From Megasphaera elsdenii DSM 20460 (GTDB lineage: Bacteria; Bacillota; Negativicutes; Veillonellales; Megasphaeraceae), in contig NZ_CP027570.1 of NCBI RefSeq assembly GCF_003010495.1, positions 870,001 to 902,000 on the forward strand: a stretch of DNA of 32,000 nt, in the 5' to 3' direction. Both the position numbers and the translations under genes were made by a program. Below the pieces are notes generated by a model that saw only the letters and a program-made list of their open reading frames with translations, did no database searches and was not told where the DNA came from. Below are positions 8,389 through 18,418 of the stretch, one piece after another (position 1 is the stretch's first letter; each line of letters opens with the position of its first letter).

Positions 8389-9234
8389 ATGAAAATTTTC
8401 CGTACTGTCAAAGAAATGCAGGCATTTGCTGGTGAACAGAAAAAAGCTGGTAAGGTCATCGGTCTGGTCCCGACCATGGGGGCTCTCCACGAAGGTCATC
8501 TGACCTTGATGCGGGCTGCTAAAGCCAAATGCGACGTCGTCATCGCTTCGGTCTTCGTCAACCCGACCCAGTTCGGCCCGAACGAAGATTATGACGCTTA
8601 TCCGCGCCGCTTCGATGAAGACTGCCAGAAGTTGGAAAGCGTCGGTGTCGATGCCGTCTTCCATCCGGAACCGTCGGAAATGTATCCGGAAGGTTATTGC
8701 ACGTATGTCAACGTCGACGGCGACATTACCCATAAACTCTGCGGGGCTCAGCGTCCTATCCATTTCCGCGGCGTCGCTACGGTCGTTACGAAATTGATGA
8801 ACATCACCCGTGCCGATGAAGCTTTCTTCGGTCAGAAAGATGCTCAGCAGGTCGTCGTCGTCCGCCGTTTCGTCAGCGACCTCAACCTCCCGGTCCACAT
8901 CAATATGGTCCCCATCGTCCGTGAAGAAAGCGGTCTGGCCCGGAGCTCGCGCAATGCTTACCTTTCGCCGGAAGAAAAACAGGCAGCCTTGGTTTTGTCC
9001 CGTAGCCTGCGCAAAGCTAAAGCAGCTTATGAAGGCGGCGAAAAAGACGTAGAAACGCTGAAATCCATCGTCACCAAGGAAATCCAGGCTGAACCGATGG
9101 CTTCTATCGATTACGTTGATCTCTTCTCTTTCCCGGCTTTGAAACCGATCCAGACTGTCGACCAGGAAAGCCTCTTGGCCATTGCCGTCCGTATCGGCAA
9201 GACGCGCCTCATCGATAATGTCATCTTAGGCTAA
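8389..9234 (+). CDS. panC: Pantoate--beta-alanine ligase
   Basis: The sequence PTMGALHEGHLTLM...FVNPTQFGPNEDY...RPIHFRGVATVVTKL...FGQKDAQQ is classic PanC. An SD aaaggag lies upstream. Confidence 0.95.
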   Translation: MKIFRTVKEMQAFAGEQKKAGKVIGLVPTMGALHEGHLTLMRAAKAKCDVVIASVFVNPTQFGPNEDYDAYPRRFDEDCQKLESVGVDAVFHPEPSEMYPEGYCTYVNVDGDITHKLCGAQRPIHFRGVATVVTKLMNITRADEAFFGQKDAQQVVVVRRFVSDLNLPVHINMVPIVREESGLARSSRNAYLSPEEKQAALVLSRSLRKAKAAYEGGEKDVETLKSIVTKEIQAEPMASIDYVDLFSFPALKPIQTVDQESLLAIAVRIGKTRLIDNVILG

Positions 9235-9240
9235 GGAAAT

Positions 9241-9295
9241 CTTCACATTTTCTTCACATTTCCTCCACATCTTTTTCGCACGTCTCTGGTATAGT
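9241..9295 (+). promoter_or_regulatory. Three phased 11-bp direct repeats plus an extended -10; candidate response-regulator-activated promoter
   Basis: The repeats are cttcacatttt (9241), cttcacatttc (9252) and ctccacatctt (9263). TGgTATAGT lies at 9287..9295. There is no recognisable -35; the third repeat occupies that position. Confidence 0.55.
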
Positions 9296-9333
9296 AAAAG
9301 CATAAACAGAGGGGTACTACAAAGGAGGTTTTC

Positions 9334-9633
9334 ATGATGAAGAAAAAAATCCTAGCCGGATTGGCGGCACTCGTCGTAATTGCCGGTTTTTCCGCCTTTG
9401 CAGCCACACCAGCTGCTTTAGAAGGTTCATCGTCAGGGACTTACGGCTCAGGTTATACATGTTATGACAACGGTAACGGGTATTGCCGGGGGCCGCAGGC
9501 CTGCTATGATGACCACGATAACTGCTATACTGGAAATGGTTATTGCCAGGGACCGCGCCGCGGCTGCCGGGCCGATGGCCAGCGCGGCTGTCAGGGCCGT
9601 CAAGATTGCCCTGCCTATAGCGAACAACAGTAA
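9334..9633 (+). CDS. Secreted cysteine-rich mini-protein (99 aa, 8 Cys in the mature part), uncharacterised
   Basis: SD aaggagg precedes the start. The Sec signal peptide is MMKKKILAGLAALVVIAGFSAFA. There is an internal duplication, CYDNGNGYCRGPQAC / CYTGNGYCQGPRRGC. Confidence 0.7.
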   Translation: MMKKKILAGLAALVVIAGFSAFAATPAALEGSSSGTYGSGYTCYDNGNGYCRGPQACYDDHDNCYTGNGYCQGPRRGCRADGQRGCQGRQDCPAYSEQQ

Positions 9634-9661
9634 GCCGTTCTAATCAAAGGGGGAAAACAAT

Positions 9662-10279
9662 ATGGTAATGACTCACTACATGGAACTCTTATCGCTCCAT
9701 GAACCTTGGTTCTTGATTCTCTTCATGCTGGTACCGATGGTATTGGCTGAAACGATTTTAGCGTCTGGTGCTTTTTCCTTGCTCTACAAGGACAGCCGCA
9801 GTGAAAAATGGGACAGCCTGAGCCACGTCTGCGGACTCATCTTAGGCGTCTTCTTCATTGTAGCTACGGTATACATCGTCACATCCTATGTGCCGACTAT
9901 CCAGTGGCGCGGCCCGATTGATTATATTTCTATTTGGGCTTATGTCTTAGGCGTCATCCCAGCCGTCCTCATCCTCTTGCAGGAATTGGGCATTATCTTT
10001 AAGAGCTCCGATTCGACGGCCAAGATCAAGAAACACATCGTCCTCATGATTCTCTTCGTCCTGTTCACGCACTTAGCCATGGTCTTCGGCATGGCTGACC
10101 CACAGCTCGCAGGTTACGTTCCGCCGAAACAGAACAACATGCAGATGCAGATGAACGGCAATATGCCCATGGACCACAGTCAGATGGACCATAGCCAGAT
10201 GAACCATGACCAAATGAACGGTCAAATGAATGGCCAGATGAATAACAATAACGGCCAGATGGACCACAGTAAGATGTAA
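9662..10279 (+). CDS. 4-TM membrane protein with a C-terminal Met/His/Gln-rich tail, uncharacterised
   Basis: Four hydrophobic segments are present. The last 46 aa (10139..10276) contain 12 Met and 4 His (MQMQMNGNMPMDHSQMDHSQMNHDQM...). SD aggggga lies upstream, and the gene starts 28 bp after the Cys-rich gene. Confidence 0.7.
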   Translation: MVMTHYMELLSLHEPWFLILFMLVPMVLAETILASGAFSLLYKDSRSEKWDSLSHVCGLILGVFFIVATVYIVTSYVPTIQWRGPIDYISIWAYVLGVIPAVLILLQELGIIFKSSDSTAKIKKHIVLMILFVLFTHLAMVFGMADPQLAGYVPPKQNNMQMQMNGNMPMDHSQMDHSQMNHDQMNGQMNGQMNNNNGQMDHSKM

Positions 10280-10280
10280 A

Positions 10281-10466
10281 ATTCGTGGCTAGTGGTTCGG
10301 TGGTTCGTGGCTTCGTAGGGGCCGTCCCAGAGGGCGGGCCGCCTCTCCTGTTAGGAGAGGTGGCTCGAAGGGCCGGAGAGGTTTAACCTCTCAGTCAGCT
10401 ATAGCTGACAGCTCCCCTATAAGGGGAGCCATTATACGAGCCACGAACCACTATAACAACGAACCA
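10281..10466. repeat. GC-core palindromic intergenic element, copy A (string of hairpins)
   Basis: The left arm ttcgtggctagtggttcggtggttcgtggcttcgtagggg pairs with the right arm tacgagccacgaaccactataacaacgaacca. Internal hairpins include ctctcctgttaggagag, gagaggtttaacctctc, gtcagctatagctgac and gctcccctataaggggagc. Confidence 0.7.
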
Positions 10467-12364
10467 ATCGAGTAGGAGGGATTTCTGAGTAGAAATCCCG
10501 ACCTCTCACACCACCGTGCGTACCGTTCGGTACACGGCGGTTTCCTAGTTTTCGCATACTTGCTTGTAATAGCTCGTCATGGTTATGTAGCCAAGGCGGG
10601 CTATTTCTTTATTCGTAAGAACTGAGTTCAGCATTGCCGCTGCTCGCCACGGACCTTTTCGGCAGTTAGCCATTTCCAACACTACCCACTTGGGCGCGCC
10701 GTATTGGCTTATCATCCGGTGTTTCGTCCGTACCTTCTTCCATTGTTTCCAGTATATGGTTCGTATTTTGCGTCGAATCCATCTGTCAATTTGAATTAGC
10801 AGTTCCTTCATATTCGCTAGTTTAAAGTAATTCACCCATCCCTTTATGAATCGTTTCAATAGAAGGGCTCTCACTTCGTTTCCTTTTCCATTGCTTCGTT
10901 TCAATATAAACCGCAAACGGTCTTTCATCTTAGTAATGGATTTCGGATGCACCCGGAGTCGGCATTTTCCATTCTTTCGGTAGAAGCCATATCCCAGATA
11001 TTTAACATAGCGGATGTGGGCTACGTGCGTCTTATTTCGATTCACCTTGAGAAATAATTTCTTCTCAATATATCGAGTGATGCTTTCCAAGGTCCTTTCG
11101 GCACTTCTTCTGCTTTTGCAGAGTATCATGCAGTCATCTGCATAGCGGACAAATTTATGTCCGCGCCGTTCCAGCTCCTTATCCAGCTCATTCAGCATGA
11201 TGTTACTCAAGAGCGGACTCAATGGCCCTCCTTGGGGAACCCCCTGTTCACTTCGTTCGAACATCCCATGCCGGATAACACCAGCATGGAGATATTGGTG
11301 TATCAGCGAGATGACCCGGCCGTCTTTTACGCTCCTTGACAGAACTTCTATCAATTTGCTTTGGCAGACATTGTCGAAAAATTTCTCCAAGTCCATGTCT
11401 ACGACGTAGACATAGCCCTCATCTGCATAGGCCTGGCATTGTTTCAACGCATCGTGGGCGCCCCGTTTGGGACGGAACCCGAAACTGCTATCTGAAAACT
11501 GTGGCTCGTAGATAGGCACAAGAACCTGCGTAATCGCCTGTTGTATCATGCGGTCTACGACCGTAGGGATTCCTAATTTCCGGAATTTCCCTTTTTCCTC
11601 TTTGGGTATTTCAACCCGACGGACTGGCTGGGGCTTATATTTCCCATTCCGTATTTGCTGAAGGAGGTCCAGGCGATGTTCCCGCAGGTAGGGTAGAAGT
11701 TCATCTACACTCATCCTGTCGACCCCGCCGGTTCCTCGATTAGACTTTACCTTCTTATAGGCACCATTTAAGTTGTCTCGTGATAAAATCTGCTTCAACA
11801 GACTGTCCGCTGGCAAGCTTGCAATGATGTCGTTGTGTTCAGCAATCCTCGCATGGGCAGACGCTTCCACATATCCCGGTTGTTCCGCAACCTCTTTTTG
11901 TGGACAGCCTTCTTGATGAAGTTTTCTGTCTTTCATTCCATGATTGGTTACTTTCATTAACTAACATCTCCTAGGATTCGGCCCTTTCCTCATGGTCTAT
12001 AGCCCATAAGGTACTATGGCCTCGGCTGACTCCTCATGATAAATCTTATTTCAACCATGATGTCCAATCTATATGGCACCATCATGTCCATGAGGCCTCC
12101 CCGGGTAAGAACGCACTCTTTCTCTCCATGTGTCTGCCACATCTACTATTCATGGTTCCGTGTAGCTATGGGACTTCAACCTGTTAGGCGGCCTTATCCC
12201 CATGACTAGCCTTATGTGATTTCTGTTCGTCAGACCAGAGATTTGCCTCGACCTTCCTTCAGATTCCATCTCACGATGGACACCCTTGGTTCTGGCTATA
12301 GCCTTCCCGCTACCGGGCGGCTTAGGGACTTTCACCCATTAGAGTGCGCCCATGCCGGGCGCAC
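10467..12364 (-). mobile_element. Group II intron, bacterial class C (IIC), apparently full length (~1.9 kb)
   Basis: The 5' end is GUGCGCC (complement of 12364 downward), immediately after terminator hairpin+UUUUAG. The 5' ribozyme portion is compact, about 407 nt (11958..12364). A domain V-like hairpin ccgccgtgtaccGAACggtacgcacggtgg lies at 10511..10543. A domain VI hairpin (10472..10506) has a bulged A 7 nt from the ..CGAU 3' end. The encoded RT/maturase has no endonuclease domain. Confidence 0.8.
10545..11957 (-). CDS. Group II intron reverse transcriptase/maturase (no En domain)
   Basis: RT motifs are present: RKLGIPTVVDRMIQQA, FGFRPKRGAHDA, QGGPLSPLLSNI and the YADD box VRYADDCMILC. 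The maturase X region contains GWVNYF. The ORF ends directly before domain V. Confidence 0.92.
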   Translation of the reverse strand: MKVTNHGMKDRKLHQEGCPQKEVAEQPGYVEASAHARIAEHNDIIASLPADSLLKQILSRDNLNGAYKKVKSNRGTGGVDRMSVDELLPYLREHRLDLLQQIRNGKYKPQPVRRVEIPKEEKGKFRKLGIPTVVDRMIQQAITQVLVPIYEPQFSDSSFGFRPKRGAHDALKQCQAYADEGYVYVVDMDLEKFFDNVCQSKLIEVLSRSVKDGRVISLIHQYLHAGVIRHGMFERSEQGVPQGGPLSPLLSNIMLNELDKELERRGHKFVRYADDCMILCKSRRSAERTLESITRYIEKKLFLKVNRNKTHVAHIRYVKYLGYGFYRKNGKCRLRVHPKSITKMKDRLRFILKRSNGKGNEVRALLLKRFIKGWVNYFKLANMKELLIQIDRWIRRKIRTIYWKQWKKVRTKHRMISQYGAPKWVVLEMANCRKGPWRAAAMLNSVLTNKEIARLGYITMTSYYKQVCEN

Positions 12365-12366
12365 CT

Positions 12367-12402
12367 AAAAGGGCTTGTCGCACGTGCGACAAGCCCTTTT
12401 TT
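12367..12402. terminator. Bidirectional intrinsic terminator; 5' exon/target of the IIC intron
   Basis: AAAA, then the perfect 26-nt palindrome gggcttgtcgcacgtgcgacaagccc, then TTTTTT. Confidence 0.8.
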
Positions 12403-12436
12403 CATGCTATAATTGATATAAAAAGGGGGAAACACG

Positions 12437-12721
12437 ATGGATTTAGCGCAGCCGATTTTAGAGGGCATCATCGTTCTGGCTAAACAATACGATATTCAAA
12501 AGGTCATTCTTTTTGGCTCCCGTGCCCGTGGCGATAATTGGGAACGCAGCGATATTGACCTGGCTGTCTGCGGTGGAGATGTCACGCGGTTTTCTCTTGA
12601 TGTCGATGAGGTCATCCCGACACTGCTCATGTTCGATGTCGTCGATTTAGATGAACCGGTCCAGCCTGAACTGCGAGCCGCTATCCAACGGGAAGGAGTC
12701 GTTATATATGAAAAAGTATGA
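12437..12721 (+). CDS. Minimal nucleotidyltransferase (MNT/MntA-like antitoxin, HI0073-type)
   Basis: The sequence LFGSRARGDNWERSDIDLAV matches the GSxxxG...DxD NTase motif. The 94-aa protein overlaps the downstream HEPN gene by 14 nt. An extended -10 TGcTATAAT lies at 12405..12413. Confidence 0.8.
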   Translation: MDLAQPILEGIIVLAKQYDIQKVILFGSRARGDNWERSDIDLAVCGGDVTRFSLDVDEVIPTLLMFDVVDLDEPVQPELRAAIQREGVVIYEKV

Positions 12722-13097
12722 GAATTTCTGCAAAGCCTTGAATAACCTCAAAGAAATACAAAAAGAAATACCACCTTATTCGACGGTCGTCCAAACGGGA
12801 ATGGTTTCTCTTTATGAAATCTGTTTTGAACAGGCTTGGAAAGCCATGAAAGAAGTATTGGAAAATAATGGCTATAGCCAGCATAAGATAGGGTCATCGC
12901 GGACAATTATCAAAATGGCTTATCAGGCAAATCTGATTGACGATGAGGATTGCTGGCTGGAGGCCTTGCGGGACCGGAACAATGTAGTCAATTCTTATAA
13001 TGAAGAAATTGCCAATAATATCATTAAAGACAGCAAAGAGAAGTACATTACCATGTTTGAAGGGCTGCAAAAGGAAATAGAAAAAAATTGGTTGTGA
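12708..13097 (+). CDS. HEPN-domain protein (HI0074 / nucleotidyltransferase substrate-binding family, HepT-like) with an altered Rx4H motif
   Basis: The start was moved to ATG 12708 (MKKYENFCKAL...), which fits the family length of about 130 aa. The motif region reads RDRNNVVNSYNEE, where the family normally has RNxxxHxY. Confidence 0.7.
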   Translation: MKKYENFCKALNNLKEIQKEIPPYSTVVQTGMVSLYEICFEQAWKAMKEVLENNGYSQHKIGSSRTIIKMAYQANLIDDEDCWLEALRDRNNVVNSYNEEIANNIIKDSKEKYITMFEGLQKEIEKNWL

Positions 13098-13119
13098 AGA
13101 TGATAGGGAGGTGGATTTT

Positions 13120-13827
13120 TTGCGAACGAATTCGATTTTAATCGTCGATGATGATGAAAAGCTTTGTGCTTTGTTGAAATCTTATTTTGAGCAGGAACAG
13201 TTCATCGTCTATGTGGCTCACGATGGCATGACGGCGTTGCATACGCTGCGCAACCAGAAACCGCAGATTATGCTCCTCGATTTGATGATGCCCGGCATGG
13301 ATGGCTTCGAGGTCTGCCGCCGTATCCGTCAGTTCAGCGATATTCCCATTATCTTCTTGTCGGCCAAGGACGATGAAACGGACCGCCTAGTCGGTCTTAA
13401 TATGGGCGGCGACGATTATGTGACCAAGCCTTTTCACGTCAAAGAAGTTATTGCCCGCGTTTACAGCCTGCTGCGGCGGACCCGCGGCGAAGTACTGCAG
13501 AAGACGACGTCGTATACCATACGGGATTTGACCATCGACAAGGAAAAGTTTACTGTCTTGAAAGGAAATCAGCCGGTGCCCCTGACGCCGACGGAGTTCA
13601 ATCTCCTCGAAGTCTTGGCTTCGGCTCCGGACAGGGTGTTCAGCCGCATGCAGCTCATGGACAAAGTACAGGGCGGCTATGGCTTTGAAGGTTATGAACG
13701 GACTATCGACACGCATATCCGCAACCTGCGCAAGAAGCTGGAAGCCGACCCGGCCCATCCGACGTATATCCTGACCGTATACGGCATCGGTTATAAATTC
13801 GACGGAGGGAATCATGAAGAAAGCTGA
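13120..13827 (+). CDS. OmpR/PhoB-family response regulator
   Basis: The receiver domain shows ILIVDDDE...LLDLMMPGMDG...KPF, and the winged-helix output shows LTPTEFNLLEVL...GIGYKF. The start is probably TTG 13120, 8 nt after AGGGAGG. The track's GTG 13111 abuts the SD. Confidence 0.9.
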   Translation: MRTNSILIVDDDEKLCALLKSYFEQEQFIVYVAHDGMTALHTLRNQKPQIMLLDLMMPGMDGFEVCRRIRQFSDIPIIFLSAKDDETDRLVGLNMGGDDYVTKPFHVKEVIARVYSLLRRTRGEVLQKTTSYTIRDLTIDKEKFTVLKGNQPVPLTPTEFNLLEVLASAPDRVFSRMQLMDKVQGGYGFEGYERTIDTHIRNLRKKLEADPAHPTYILTVYGIGYKFDGGNHEES

Positions 13828-14927
13828 CAGCATCGTCATCCGCCTGACCGGGATGGTCTTTATCCTCATCTTCCTGACCATCGCCATTTTGCTCATCTTG
13901 GTCAATAACCAGATGGACAACCATTTTTCCCAGTATTTAACGAATATGTCCCAGATGATGGGCAATGGACATCAAGGCATGGGCATGATGCACGGCATGA
14001 GGCATGGGCCGGCGGAAATTACCTATATCTCGGCCGTCCACCGGTCGTTGCTCTGGGTCGGCCTGGTCATGCTGGCCGTCAGCGTCACCATCAGTTATTT
14101 TATCGTCCGGGAAATCATGCGTCCCTTGTCAGCTCTGACCGACGCCGTGCAAAAAGTCAAGGCCGGTACGTATGGCCAGACGGTTCCCGTCGAACGCCGT
14201 GATGAAGTCGGGACCCTGACCGAGACTTTCAACGACATGTCCCAGGAACTGGCGAAAAACGATAAGATGCGGCGCCGTCTCTTTGCCAACATCGCTCACG
14301 AACTGCGGACGCCCCTGGCCATCTTGCAGGGCAATCTGGAAGGGATGATCGACGATGTTATCCCGACGGATAAGAAGGTCCTCTTGTCCATGGAAGATGA
14401 AACCTTGCGCATGGGCCGCCTCATCCAGGACTTGCGGGACTTGTCACTGGCGGAAATTAATGAGCTGACGCTCCATAAAGCACCGCATGATATCAACGTT
14501 CTCCTGGAACGGGCCGTCAGTATGCTCCAGCCTTTATGTGACGAAAAATCCCTGGCCGTCCATTTGGACTTGGCCAGGGATTTGCCGAAGGTATCTATCG
14601 ATGTGGACCGTATCAATCAGGTCATTTATAATCTGCTCAACAACGCCATCCGCTATATCGAAGCGGGCTGTACGATTACCGTTTCGACCTTAGCCGTCAC
14701 CGTGAAGGGACAGCCTTATGTGCAGGTTCAGATTGCCGATACGGGCAGCGGCATTGCGCCGGAAGATTTACAGCATATCTTCCAGTACTTTTACCGCAGC
14801 GAAAAATCGCGGAACCGCAAGAGCGGCGGCAGTGGTATCGGCCTGGCTCTGGCTCAGCAGTTCGTCCGCAGTCATGGCGGCAGGATATGGGCGGACAGTG
14901 AAGTCGGCAGGGGGACGACGTTTACCT

Positions 14928-17786
<2,859 letters not shown>

Positions 17787-17790
17787 TCCT

Positions 17791-18111
17791 TTATTTCATG
17801 AGTTTTTGTAAAGTGCAGACGAGTTCATCGACGACTTCGTCTTTGCCTTCACGGATGTCGTGGACGACGCAGGACTTGATGTGCTGGCCCAGGAGCTCCT
17901 TATTGAAAGAATTCAAGGCCGACTGGATGGCACTGACCTGAGTCAGGATATCAATACAATAGCGATCGTCTTCGACCATTTTTTTCACGCCCCGTACTTG
18001 GCCTTCGATGCGGTTCAGACGGGAAATGAGTGATTTATACTCTTTGCCCTCTTTATTGCGATACTTATGCTTTTCCGTATCGCAGCAAGGACAGACTTTC
18101 TTTTCGCCCAT
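17791..18111 (-). CDS. csoR: CsoR-family copper-sensing transcriptional repressor
   Basis: The family pattern LxRLxRIEGQxRGxxxM and the C..H..C ligand set (RYCIDILTQ ... HIKSC) are present. The gene lies immediately upstream of copA with a 4-bp gap. It has an N-terminal CPCC extension. Confidence 0.9.
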   Translation of the reverse strand: MGEKKVCPCCDTEKHKYRNKEGKEYKSLISRLNRIEGQVRGVKKMVEDDRYCIDILTQVSAIQSALNSFNKELLGQHIKSCVVHDIREGKDEVVDELVCTLQKLMK

Positions 18112-18135
18112 AATTGAATACTCCTTTCAAATAAA

Positions 18136-18186
18136 TACCCCTATGGGGTACATGGTTATAATATACCTACAAGGGGTATATGTCAA
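18136..18186 (-). promoter_or_regulatory. csoR-copA promoter with two CsoR-type operators
   Basis: The operators are TACCCC-TAT-GGGGTA (18136..18150) and TATACC-tacaagg-GGTATA (18162..18180). The second resembles the B. subtilis copZA operator as I remember it (approximately ATACCCTACGGGGGTAT). On the minus strand the -35 is TTGACA (18181..18186) and the -10 is a TATAAC/TTATAA-like hexamer around 18156..18162. Confidence 0.75.
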
Positions 18187-18372
18187 GGGGGAGTTGTTAG
18201 TGGTTAGTAGATGGTTTTTTATTTGTAGGGGCGACCGCGTGGGGCGCCCGCTCCGGAATATGCATGATTTCCCAATCAGTTTGCCAGGAAAATCATCCAA
18301 ACGGGCCGCCTTAACAGGACGGCCCCTACGGTGCGGCCATGAGGCCGCCACGAGCTACGAACCACGAACCAC
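18186..18372. repeat. GC-core palindromic intergenic element, copy B
   Basis: The left arm gagttgttagtggttagtagatgg...tttgtaggggcgacc pairs with the right arm ggacggcccctacgg...ccacgagctacgaaccacgaaccac. It shares the caaggggagttgtta start with copy D. Confidence 0.7.
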
Positions 18373-18373
18373 T

Positions 18374-18414
18374 AAAAAAAAGGCGCTGTCTTCACGCGAC
18401 AGCGCCTTTTTTTT
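18374..18414. terminator. Bidirectional intrinsic terminator (serves skp on the minus strand)
   Basis: A8, then the stem ggcgctgtc/gacagcgcc with loop ttcacgc, then T8. Confidence 0.85.
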
Positions 18415-18418
18415 ATCC

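Noticed and set aside
10281-10466. tRNA-like or tmRNA-like sequence suggested by the ggttcg words
   Set aside because: There is no cloverleaf, no GTTCGAATC T-loop context and no acceptor/CCA arrangement. The words are paired with their complements as long hairpin arms.
965-12364. Possible diversity-generating retroelement: a reverse transcriptase plus repeated segments in a surface adhesin
   Set aside because: The RT sits inside a complete group II intron RNA (GUGCG 5' end, domains V/VI, maturase X domain). The adhesin repeat mismatches are not adenine-specific; both A-to-G and G-to-A changes are seen. No TR/VR pair lies next to the RT.
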